This document shows positions 9,083 through 18,028 of a stretch of 64,000 nt of DNA, piece by piece. Position 1 is the stretch's first letter, and the number at the start of each line of letters is the position of its first letter. The position numbers were made by a program, and so were the translations under genes. Source of the stretch: a bacterium (GTDB lineage: Bacteria > RBG-13-61-14 > DATKZS01); contig CAXXFL010000002.1 of NCBI GenBank assembly GCA_963674965.2, positions 480,001-544,000 of the forward strand. Reading direction: 5' to 3'. The notes beneath the pieces were generated by a model. That model searched no databases. It saw nothing but the letters and a program-made list of their open reading frames with translations, and was not told the origin of the DNA.

Positions 9083-9186
9083 TTTAATCTCGGCCCTTAA
9101 GTTCGCCTTGGAGGTGTCAGGTCGCGTTTAACATATAAGACGCAGTGAGAGATAGCATCCATTCCAGGCGGAGGGAGGTCAGCGAA

Positions 9187-12100
9187 ATGGGACATCCTTA
9201 TCGGACGATGCCGGCCGAATCGGGTTCGGATAAAAAACTCAAGCGCAAAGCATATCTTGGTTACGCCCTCATCATTTTCAGCATATTCCTGTTAATTCTG
9301 ATGTATATATATCCTCCCTGGGTAGGGTACTATGAGCACGATAAGAAAGAAATCGGATACTATCTCTTAATGGATGATCAAAAAGCAAAGGAAGAAAATC
9401 AAGCCCTCGAGGTCGCGGTTGACATTGATCGCTTCTTGGGCCAGCTATTATTTATACTGGGACCGATCATCTGGAAGGCCCGCTCCTTGATAAGGGATTC
9501 CAGGGAGGAGACGGATTCGGAATATATATCGCGGGGACGAGAAGGAATCTTTGATAAATCCGCGATTGAAGAGTTTATTGAAGACGAACATGCCATCAGT
9601 GATCGGGATACCCTCTCCGGATTAAACCATAACCACAATCAATCCGGGTCATCGGGAATGGGTTCCTGCTTTGATAATAATGGAATCCAAGGTCCCTCGT
9701 CCAGTTCCGCGACTCAAAATCCTCGCTTGCCAATGGAATACGGAGTAAGAAGGTACTGGGACTCTGATGAAGATGGGCGCTTCATTGTGGAGCTATATGA
9801 AAATCTCGAGGAGATCGACCAGGATTTTATCAATAGTATCCGTAATGATCGAAGCCATGATGACGATTTATGGAAACTTGCCCGGGGCCTGGAGAACGGC
9901 GAGATTCAATATGAGAACGCGCTGAGCCATTACGTTTATTACCTTGGTCGGTGGAATTTATCGCGGGTCGCATGGGTCGTCTGCGGGGCCATGCTTCACG
10001 CCGCGACGGGAAATCCTAAAACGGCTGAAAAGCTGTTTGCCGAGGCCGAGGAAGCCGACCCGGAAAACGGGTTAATCTATTGCTTTCGCTTCCTTTGTCG
10101 CTGTGAGATGGGTGAGTTCACCGAAGCTTTAGAAGACCTTAATTCCCTTGTATCCACAGCTTCTGACTCACATTATTGGCCGAAATGGCAAAGTCTCTCG
10201 ACCAGGGGACGTTTTAAGCTCGAATATGTAAGCGCCGAGGAAGCCATTGAAGATTTTACCATACTGATAGATAACGGCTGGGAAGTGGGCGAGCATCTTT
10301 TCAATCGAGGCAAAGCCTATGCATCGCTGAAGAATTTTGAAAACGCCGTTTCCGATTTTACGGATGCCTTGCAGTCGGACCTCGTCGATCCCGGTCCCAT
10401 TCTCAGCGCAAGGGGCCAGGCCTTTTACGAAATGGGCCTGACCAACCTGGCGCTCGAGGATTTGGACGAAGCCATATCGATGGGCCTGCCCGAACACTCT
10501 TCGGAGGTATATTATTGCCGCGGCAAGATTGCCTTCGAGCGAGAGGATTTTCCCAAGGTGATCGAGTGCTTTCCCCAAACGAGTGCTTTCTGGGGTTATA
10601 ACTCGCGCACACATATCATGCGGGGCCTGTCCTATTGCCGCGTGGGTCAATTCGAACTCGCGCTAAAAGATATCAACTCCGCGTGCTCTGAAGAGGGGGC
10701 CATGCTCTCTTGGCGAAGCTACTGTCTTTGCAGGCTTAAAAGATATAAAGACGCCTTGAGCGACGTCGAACTGGTCAAGAAAAGGAATCTCGATGACGAG
10801 ACTATTTGCGAATGGGAGACAATAAGTCTTGCGGACTCGGAAGTACGTCTCGAATGGGGAAAGGCATATCTTCACGAGGGGGATTATTTTTCCGCCATCA
10901 AGGAATTCGGCATTGCCCTCGATGAAGACCACTGGATGGCCGAGTCCTACCTGGAGCGCGGCCGGGCCTATCTTTGTCTGGCCCAAGACGTGGGAAAGAA
11001 ACGAAAGAAAAAATCCGAGATTTTTATTGGAAGCTCGAGGGAATGCGATATTGTCATAAAGGGAGAAAAAGTCGCCCCCAGGCACGCCCGCGTTTTTCGC
11101 CAGGGCGCGGTCATAATGGTGGAGGACATGGGAAGCCCCCACGGGACCTACGCAGGCTATAATTTTAGACGACTGCCGGCGCACGTTCCCACCCCAATGG
11201 AGTTTTCCGGGGAGCTATTCCTGGGCGACCGCGCCTTCAACGTGCATCGTCTCAATGAGTTCGGTTTCTTCGATAGCGAGAACGGGAACGGAAGAAACTG
11301 CTATGACCGGGCGATCCAGGACCTTTCATGGGCGCTGGAATGCGACGCCGAGGACCTCGTGGCGCTCAGGCTTCGATCCGAGGCCTACTCGGGCAATCGA
11401 ATGCACGACGAGGCCATCGCCGACCTCACCGCCATCTTGCGGCTTCAGCCCCGCGACTTTGACGCCTTGGGGGCAAGGGCCGAAGCTTATCTGAATACCC
11501 AGCGTTACGAATTGGCCCTGAATGACTGCGACAAGGCCATTCATCTTCAACCCCACCAAGCGGACTTCCATCATCTTCGAGGTCGGGTCTACGCGAAAAG
11601 GGGCCAGATGGGCGCGGCCAGGAAAGACTATCAAAGGGCCCGGGAACTGGACCCGAAAAAATACACGATCAAGACCCGGCCCAAGAAAAGCACGGAGGCA
11701 AAGAGCGAGTTCAGACTGCCCGGCCGCTTCGAGCTGGAGAAATTCTTCAAGGACCATGTAATCGATATAGTCGAATCGCCCGAGCGATATGGTGAGATGG
11801 GTATAGACTTTCCCTATCCCATCGCGCTTCACGGACCGCCGGGATGCGGCAAGACCCACGCCGCCAACGTCCTGTTAAATTACCTTGGCTGGCCCAGCTT
11901 CACCATCAACTCCGGCTCGGTGGGCAACATGTACATCCACGAGACCCCCCGGCTGATCGCCGCGACCTTCGAGGAGGCCAAAGCCAAGGCGCCCGCGGTG
12001 GTCGTGATCGACGAGATGGACGCCTTCATGTGCAACCGCGATTATGAGAGGCGGGCTTTTCGCAACGAGGAGGTGGCGGAGTATCTGCGCAATCTTCAGG

Positions 12101-12447
12101 ACGCCTCGGAAAATCGCATCCTGATAATAGGCATGACCAACCAGATCGACATGATCGATCCGGCGCTGTTGCGGCGGGGCCGCTTCGATCACGTCATAAA
12201 AGTCGATTTTCCGTCAAGGGAAGAATTGAAGGAATGCCTGAGCGCTCTTCTTTCCGGTTACCCTTGCGTAAGGGGCCTTAACGTTAATTACGTGGCCGAC
12301 GCTTTGCGTTCGAGGCCATTGTCGGACGCGGGCTATATCGTGCGGGAGGCCGCCCGCCTCGCCTGCAAGTCGAAGAAGAAAAAAATAGACGACCTATGCC
12401 TGGTGAGCGCCCTCCAGGCGGCTATAAAGCAAAAGTCGTTCAACTGA
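9187..12447 (+). CDS. Membrane-anchored TPR / FHA / AAA+ ATPase multidomain protein
   Basis: N-terminal TM helix; many TPR motifs; FHA-like IFIGSSRECDIVI..VAPRHARV..VEDMGSPHGT; Walker A GPPGCGKT, Walker B VVVIDEMD, SRH TNQIDMIDPALLRRGRFD; RBS ggaggg before ATG 9187. Confidence 0.85.
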   Translation: MGHPYRTMPAESGSDKKLKRKAYLGYALIIFSIFLLILMYIYPPWVGYYEHDKKEIGYYLLMDDQKAKEENQALEVAVDIDRFLGQLLFILGPIIWKARSLIRDSREETDSEYISRGREGIFDKSAIEEFIEDEHAISDRDTLSGLNHNHNQSGSSGMGSCFDNNGIQGPSSSSATQNPRLPMEYGVRRYWDSDEDGRFIVELYENLEEIDQDFINSIRNDRSHDDDLWKLARGLENGEIQYENALSHYVYYLGRWNLSRVAWVVCGAMLHAATGNPKTAEKLFAEAEEADPENGLIYCFRFLCRCEMGEFTEALEDLNSLVSTASDSHYWPKWQSLSTRGRFKLEYVSAEEAIEDFTILIDNGWEVGEHLFNRGKAYASLKNFENAVSDFTDALQSDLVDPGPILSARGQAFYEMGLTNLALEDLDEAISMGLPEHSSEVYYCRGKIAFEREDFPKVIECFPQTSAFWGYNSRTHIMRGLSYCRVGQFELALKDINSACSEEGAMLSWRSYCLCRLKRYKDALSDVELVKKRNLDDETICEWETISLADSEVRLEWGKAYLHEGDYFSAIKEFGIALDEDHWMAESYLERGRAYLCLAQDVGKKRKKKSEIFIGSSRECDIVIKGEKVAPRHARVFRQGAVIMVEDMGSPHGTYAGYNFRRLPAHVPTPMEFSGELFLGDRAFNVHRLNEFGFFDSENGNGRNCYDRAIQDLSWALECDAEDLVALRLRSEAYSGNRMHDEAIADLTAILRLQPRDFDALGARAEAYLNTQRYELALNDCDKAIHLQPHQADFHHLRGRVYAKRGQMGAARKDYQRARELDPKKYTIKTRPKKSTEAKSEFRLPGRFELEKFFKDHVIDIVESPERYGEMGIDFPYPIALHGPPGCGKTHAANVLLNYLGWPSFTINSGSVGNMYIHETPRLIAATFEEAKAKAPAVVVIDEMDAFMCNRDYERRAFRNEEVAEYLRNLQDASENRILIIGMTNQIDMIDPALLRRGRFDHVIKVDFPSREELKECLSALLSGYPCVRGLNVNYVADALRSRPLSDAGYIVREAARLACKSKKKKIDDLCLVSALQAAIKQKSFN

Positions 12448-12568
12448 TCCGGCCATCGGTCAAACGCCCCTTCTTGGGCCGCGTAATAAATGGCGGCGTT
12501 GCGATCATGGGACTTTGCAGGCGCGCTGAGGAAAACTTGATATCAGGGTACGCCGCGGTCTCCAGGGT

Positions 12569-13258
12569 CTATTCCTCCTCCTTTTTTCCTCCCTTTTCCA
12601 GTTCGGGCATTTCCCTGAACCCGAGGAGCATGAAGGGGTTGACGGCGGTGGTGGATATGGTTTTCAAATGGGATGACACGCGCTTTAGGCTCCGCATGAC
12701 GATGGCCAGGGCCACGGCCTGGCTGGTGTCGATCTCCTTGTCCCGCATGATCTCTTCCAGGAACTTGTCGTAGGCCTTGGTGACTTTTAGATGTCCGTCC
12801 ATGGCCTCGCGCGCCATGGCCTCGTCGTCGTTAAAGAGGGCCTTGGCCGCCTTGGGAAAGTAGCTTTCCACCTGGTCGCGGATTGATTTGACCTCGGCCA
12901 GATATTTGGTCTCGGCCACCTGGCCGCCAAGTTTCCTGTACACGTCGTACATGTTCTTGGAGTGGTCGCCTATCCTCTCGATATTGTTGATCAAGGTGAT
13001 GAATATTAGCTCGGCGATGGGGTTTTTGGTCTGACTCACGCTGAGGTGCTCGACTATCCTTTTCCTGGTTTTGATCACGAGGTAGTTTATTTCCCGGTCC
13101 CGGGCGTAAAGGTCGAAGTCCACGGGCTTTCCGTCGATCACCGCCATGGAAGAAGCGTTGAATATCTCGTGGGCCGTCTCCATCATTTTCTTTACGTCCG
13201 ACTCGACCACGTTCATAAGCTTGTTTCTGCGCATGAGCTCTAAAATATAGGTTATCAT
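12569..13258 (-). CDS. PhoU-domain protein
   Basis: DREIN, NNIERIGDHSKN and RSLKRVSSHLKTI repeats typical of PhoU; follows the Na/Pi symporter. Confidence 0.85.
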   Translation of the reverse strand: MITYILELMRRNKLMNVVESDVKKMMETAHEIFNASSMAVIDGKPVDFDLYARDREINYLVIKTRKRIVEHLSVSQTKNPIAELIFITLINNIERIGDHSKNMYDVYRKLGGQVAETKYLAEVKSIRDQVESYFPKAAKALFNDDEAMAREAMDGHLKVTKAYDKFLEEIMRDKEIDTSQAVALAIVMRSLKRVSSHLKTISTTAVNPFMLLGFREMPELEKGGKKEEE

Positions 13259-13267
13259 CCGGGCCTC

Positions 13268-14398
13268 CTAAATCTCGAACAATAATAAAATTATACCAGG
13301 AATGGCGAAAAAGACTATCAGAATAAACAAAAGGGCCACCCATTTTCTCTTGGCCGTGGCTTTGCCCAGTTTTTTGGCGAGAGTGATGGGAACGACTTTC
13401 AGGGGAATCCATACAATAGTCCCGAAAACGTTGAAAAGAAAGTGGCAAAGAGCTATAACCACCGCCTCGTGGCTTCCCGTTACCAAAGACGCCATGATGG
13501 CCGTTATGGTAGTTCCGATGTTGGCTCCCACCATGTAGGGGAAGACCGCCTCGAGCCTGACTATTCCCGCGCCCAGAAGAGGTATTACGATGCTGGTGGT
13601 AACCGAACTCGACTGGACTATGGCCGTGACCACCGCGCCGATAACGATGGCCCTTATGGTTCCGGAAAAAAGGAAACGGTCCACTACCACCTCGAGCCGG
13701 TCGGCCATGGCTCCCCGCATGATCTTCACCATGCGAGAAAGGGAGAAAACCAAAATGGCAAGAGCCAGAACTAAAAGGATAACCGCCAGGGCCACGTTGT
13801 TGCTTATCAGGCCTTTGCCCATTTCGATAACCAGGTGGACCAGGGGTTTGACGATCATTTTAAGAGGACTGTCGAACTCGGCTCCCTGCATTCCACCCAA
13901 GGCGTGCTCGAGGAGACCGGCAGCTCTCCCAATGGGATGGAACAATATCTCGATGGGCAGGAAAAGGGCCACCGAGCAGAGATTGAAAAAGTCATGGACC
14001 GTGGCCCCGGAGTAAGCCCGTTCGAACTCGGAGGGCCTCGATATATGGCCCAATGACACGATGGTGGCGGTGATGGTCGTTCCGATATTCGCCCCCATAA
14101 CCATGGGGATGGCATTGTCGATGGTCAGAGTGCCCGTGGCCACCATGGTCACGATAATCGAGGTGGTGGACGAGGAACTCTGCATGAGGGACGTAGCTAA
14201 GAGGCCGATCAGCAGACCGGCGATGGGATTGTCCGTGACCCTCATGAGCCCCTCTGCGGCGGACTTCCCAAAGAGCTTGAAAGACGAGCCCATAAGCTCG
14301 ATGCAAAAGAAGAACAAATACAGAATCAATAGAAAATAAAGCACTTTAAGCAGCTTGATCGGCCAGGTGCTCTCGTTTTCCGAAATATTATCACCCAT
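13268..14398 (-). CDS. Na+/Pi cotransporter (NptA/NaPi-II family)
   Basis: Two repeats of QSSS.TTS and GANIGTT; start set at ATG 14398. Confidence 0.93.
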   Translation of the reverse strand: MGDNISENESTWPIKLLKVLYFLLILYLFFFCIELMGSSFKLFGKSAAEGLMRVTDNPIAGLLIGLLATSLMQSSSSTTSIIVTMVATGTLTIDNAIPMVMGANIGTTITATIVSLGHISRPSEFERAYSGATVHDFFNLCSVALFLPIEILFHPIGRAAGLLEHALGGMQGAEFDSPLKMIVKPLVHLVIEMGKGLISNNVALAVILLVLALAILVFSLSRMVKIMRGAMADRLEVVVDRFLFSGTIRAIVIGAVVTAIVQSSSVTTSIVIPLLGAGIVRLEAVFPYMVGANIGTTITAIMASLVTGSHEAVVIALCHFLFNVFGTIVWIPLKVVPITLAKKLGKATAKRKWVALLFILIVFFAIPGIILLLFEI

Positions 14399-14698
14399 CT
14401 GGTTTCTTTCCCGTTTTCCCTTCCGATTGACGACTATACTTCCCGAAGTCCGGAGGTTATGGCGGCAAAGAAAAACCCAACCGCCATAAGTTGGGACAAA
14501 GGGTAACACAACTGACAATGTAAGTAAAATATCAGAATTATGTTAGGATTGCGTTAGGCCGGCTAATATTTTTCCATGCCAATAAGCGGTTTGAATCTCC
14601 AACTACCCCATGGGCGTATTATGGTTTTTTCCACTTTATACCTGGGCCTATCCATGTTAATGTAGAAACTCGAATACTAAATCGAGGATTGTCATTAA

Positions 14699-15454
14699 AT
14701 GGAAAAACAGGAAAAAAGAATCAAAGTGGAAACCGTTCCGGCCAAGAAGAAAAAAACCTGGAAAAAGAAACTCAACCGCTGGCTGTCCATGAACGTCGTC
14801 CCGCCCTTCGCTCAATACTGGATGATCGTCTACGACTTCGCCACCCTGGCCCAGAAAGAAAAAAGGCTGACCAAGATAAATATCGATCCGTTCTACGAGG
14901 CCGTCTCCACCCACAAGGGAGTGATCATCGCCTTCTGGCATAACCGGCTCATGTTCGGACCCACCGCTTACCAGTACTGCAAGGGACGGACTATCTACGT
15001 CATGGTCTCGAGAAGCAGGGACGGCGACATGATCGCGGAGATTTTAAACCGCATGAAAAACTTCGAGGCCGTTCGCGGAGGCTCGGGCAAGGAAAAGGGA
15101 GGCCAGGAGGCCCTCCAGGATATGATAGAGTTGGGCAAGGCCAGGCAGGACATCGCCATCACTCCGGACGGTCCCCTCGGCCCCAGGTATAAAGTCAAGC
15201 GGGGCGTCATCGACCTGGCCAAGGCCACGGGCATGCCCATCTACCCGGCGGGTTGCTCCTCCTCGAAGTATTTCCAGATGAAAAGCTGGGACCGGACCCT
15301 GCTTCCGGTACCCGGCTCAAGGGTGATATACAAGGCGGGCGAGACCATGTATGTTCCCGCCGACGCCGACGAGGAGATGATCGAGCAGAAAAGAGCCGAG
15401 TTGGAAAAGCAACTTGTCGAGTTGACAGAGTTCTGCGACCATTATTTCGACTGA
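14699..15454 (+). CDS. DUF374 / lysophospholipid acyltransferase family protein
   Basis: AFWHNR, MVSRSRDGD, VRGGS, ITPDGPLGP, SWDR motifs. Confidence 0.88.
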   Translation: MEKQEKRIKVETVPAKKKKTWKKKLNRWLSMNVVPPFAQYWMIVYDFATLAQKEKRLTKINIDPFYEAVSTHKGVIIAFWHNRLMFGPTAYQYCKGRTIYVMVSRSRDGDMIAEILNRMKNFEAVRGGSGKEKGGQEALQDMIELGKARQDIAITPDGPLGPRYKVKRGVIDLAKATGMPIYPAGCSSSKYFQMKSWDRTLLPVPGSRVIYKAGETMYVPADADEEMIEQKRAELEKQLVELTEFCDHYFD

Positions 15455-15465
15455 GGCGTTCGCGC

Positions 15466-16548
15466 TCAGGTCTTCAGCAACTTATAAAAGCACCGGACCG
15501 TCTCTTCCTTCTCGTCGTCCCAAAGGTGCATCGAGTTGCCCTGGCAGCGTCTCCACTGGCCGCAGTCCAGGCACGGTCCTTTCCGCATCCAGTCCCGCTC
15601 ACGGAAGGGACCGAAGCGCTCCTCCCAGACCGTCCGCAGGTCGTCGGTCTTCACGTTGCCCTGGATAAGAGAACGGGAAACGTTGGGACAGGCCGAGATG
15701 GCGCCATCGGACAGGACCGAGCCGATGGCTATCCCGGCGCGGCAGAAATAGGGCTCGTCTCGGATGGCCCGGTCCACGTCGGCCGGGAAGTAGCCCTCGC
15801 AGCAGAAGTCCACGTGGAACCCGCTTCCCTTTAAGCGCCTCCTCGTCCGGGATATCCAGACGATGAGGTCACGAGTTTCACTAACCGATAAAATCAACTC
15901 CTCGTTTTTCGCCGCCCGGCCCTTGGGAAAAATAAGGAAAAGACGCCAGTAGGAAACCCCCTTGTCCATGAGAAAGGCCATTACCTGGTCAAGCTCGGGC
16001 AGGTTCCTCGGGTTGACGCAGGTCACCACGTCGAAAAGGGGAAAGCCCGCCTCGACGGCGCGCCCGATACCGGCGACCGCCCTCTTGAAGCTGCCCCTCC
16101 TCCCTCGCAGCCAGTCGTGGTTATCCTCCAGCCCGTCAAGGCTGATCGTCATGCTCGAGAGGCGGTCCTCCTTGAGCAGGCGAATGGCCGAGTCGTCAAG
16201 AAGGTAACCGTTCGTGACCATGCCCCATTTGAGGCCCTCATCCCTCAGCCCGGCCGCCACTTTCGCGAAGTCCGGACGGCAAAGAGGCTCTCCGCCCGTG
16301 ACCACCGCCATGAGTTTCTCGACGTCGAAGTTTTGTTTGACGTAATGGAAAAGGCCCAGCCAGTCTTTGAGAGTCAGTTCCTCGGAGCGGGGCGCGCTTC
16401 CGCAGTCGCTTCCGCAGTGGAGACAGTTGAGGTTGCACCGCTGGGTTATCTCGAGGAAGAGGTACCGTAAAGGATGAACGTCCGTTTCCAGGCGCCTGTA
16501 AATCGGATGAACGAGGCGCCGGAGCACGGGCCGGTCGAGAAAGGACAT
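15466..16548 (-). CDS. Radical SAM/SPASM enzyme of the rSAM-lipoprotein system type
   Basis: CNLNCLHC, TGGEPL, SPASM cysteines CRAG..ACPN..CLDC..RRCQG..C; 4 nt downstream of a C-YGPP lipoprotein gene. Confidence 0.9.
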   Translation of the reverse strand: MSFLDRPVLRRLVHPIYRRLETDVHPLRYLFLEITQRCNLNCLHCGSDCGSAPRSEELTLKDWLGLFHYVKQNFDVEKLMAVVTGGEPLCRPDFAKVAAGLRDEGLKWGMVTNGYLLDDSAIRLLKEDRLSSMTISLDGLEDNHDWLRGRRGSFKRAVAGIGRAVEAGFPLFDVVTCVNPRNLPELDQVMAFLMDKGVSYWRLFLIFPKGRAAKNEELILSVSETRDLIVWISRTRRRLKGSGFHVDFCCEGYFPADVDRAIRDEPYFCRAGIAIGSVLSDGAISACPNVSRSLIQGNVKTDDLRTVWEERFGPFRERDWMRKGPCLDCGQWRRCQGNSMHLWDDEKEETVRCFYKLLKT

Positions 16549-16552
16549 CCGG

Positions 16553-16945
16553 TCACTCGGCTTTATTCAGCTCCACCAGGCATTCCGCGGCAAGTTCCTC
16601 GCTCGGGACCGAGCGGGCGCCGTAGCGGCCGCCGTTGTCGCCCTCGTCCACGTCCGTGAAGGATAATGACTGGCAGGCCGGCATGTTCATGGTGCTGAAG
16701 GCCCCGTCCGCGCCGCTCACGGTCGAGCCGTACTCGGTCCCCTCCACCAGGCAGGACACGCGGATGCCGGGAATGCCCGACTTGGTCCCCGCGTCGATGA
16801 CCTTGCCCGACTTTAAATTAGGCGGGACCTGGTCGAGTTCCTGGTTCTCGTCGTAAACCTTCGAGGGCGGACCGTAACAGGCGGCCAGCACCACCGGAAA
16901 ACAAAAGGTTACGGCGCCCAATAAGGCCTTCTTGACTTTCTTCAT
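16553..16945 (-). CDS. Radical SAM-associated lipoprotein (lipobox LAAC followed by YGPP; carboxypeptidase-regulatory-like beta domain)
   Basis: MKKVKK..LAACYGPP; GKVIDAGTKSGIPGIRV; RBS aggagg. Confidence 0.8.
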   Translation of the reverse strand: MKKVKKALLGAVTFCFPVVLAACYGPPSKVYDENQELDQVPPNLKSGKVIDAGTKSGIPGIRVSCLVEGTEYGSTVSGADGAFSTMNMPACQSLSFTDVDEGDNGGRYGARSVPSEELAAECLVELNKAE

Positions 16946-17266
16946 TACCGGTCCTCCTTACTCGATTATTGTAGCACGGACAACAAGGATTGCTCCAATA
17001 AATACCTTCGTGTTTGTTCCTAAGGTAATTGGAACGTTCCCTATGCCCTTTTGTTCTGGATAGATGACGTTTTTTGGTGAATTTTCCACCGCCTACTCGC
17101 GAGCCCGGGATGCCTTTTTGGTTAAAAAGCCGTAAGAATAAGGGTTTTCGTTTAATAATCAATATATATGCCGGGCCACGTCATGGATGCACAAAGTGTT
17201 TGCATCCCGATCTTTCCTGCATCCACTCTTTTTTTTCCCGGGACGGCGTGCTATCATTGATTGAAA

Positions 17267-17327
17267 TGGGAGACGGCTCCCACGAAATATAGTAATTTAA
17301 TGCCGCTCGCCTTGGGCGGCTTTTCTT
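17267..17327 (+). promoter_or_regulatory. Hairpin with ACGG loop followed by an intrinsic-terminator-like hairpin
   Basis: TGGGAG-ACGG-CTCCCA at 17267-17282; GCCGCTC-GCCTT-GGGCGGC-TTTTCTT at 17302-17327; TGcTATCAT extended -10 at 17249-17257. Confidence 0.45.
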
Positions 17328-17342
17328 AACCTGAAACCCCGC

Positions 17343-17380
17343 GGGCGTCGGCCCTCGGGGTTTTCCAGATCGGGACGCCG
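17343..17380 (+). ncRNA. Candidate nhaA-I-like (Li+/monovalent cation) riboswitch variant
   Basis: GGGCGTC...CAGATCGGGACGCC resembles my recollection of the nhaA-I core (GGGUG...CAGGUCGGGCCGCC), ending 13 nt before the RBS of a DMT gene; not tested with a covariance model. Confidence 0.35.
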
Positions 17381-17404
17381 AGTCCTTTTTATGGAGTGAC
17401 CGCG

Positions 17405-17752
17405 ATGAGAATCGCGCCCATCGTGCTCCTTGTGTTCTCGAACCTTTTCATGACCTACGCCTGGTACGGGCATTTGAAGGACCTGCGCGCCAAGCCGCTT
17501 TTAATCGTCATACTGGTCAGTTGGGGCGTGGCCTTTTTCGAGTATTGCCTGCAGGTCCCCGCCAACCGCATCGGAGCGGGCTACTTCAGTCTGGCCCAGC
17601 TCAAGATCATCCAGGAGATTGTCACCATGTCCGTGTTCGCGGGCTTTTGCGTTTTCTATATGAAGGAGCAATTGACCTGGGACTTTCTTTGGGCCGGACT
17701 ATGCCTGGTGGGCGCTGCCTTCTTTATGTTCCGCCATCTCCAGATCGGCTAA
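17405..17752 (+). CDS. DMT family small membrane protein (DUF486-type)
   Basis: SNLFMTYAWYGHLK, SWGVAFFEYCLQVPANRIG, QLKIIQE. Confidence 0.92.
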   Translation: MRIAPIVLLVFSNLFMTYAWYGHLKDLRAKPLLIVILVSWGVAFFEYCLQVPANRIGAGYFSLAQLKIIQEIVTMSVFAGFCVFYMKEQLTWDFLWAGLCLVGAAFFMFRHLQIG

Positions 17753-18028
17753 AAGTGGATTCATAAGATTTCGGGGGGGCCAAGTGATTTTGTCTTTTAC
17801 CCCGGCGGGACTAAGGTCAGCCAAATCGCGGCGCCCGAGACTGAAGTATCCAAGTTAGTGTAACCGCCCGATTCGACTGCCGTTTTACCACTCAGTAAAA
17901 ATGTACTAAAAAATTGACCACTTGCGCAATTTTTCGAGAAATCTTGCCGATGATAAAATACATCATTTGGCCGCCATTGCCATGAAATTGGAATTCTCGA
18001 GGCGGTCGGCGTAAAAAGGGAGATTGAC

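Noticed and set aside
8700-12560. Prophage or integrative element around the excisionase-like gene
   Set aside because: No integrase, tRNA, att-like flanking repeats or phage genes were seen.
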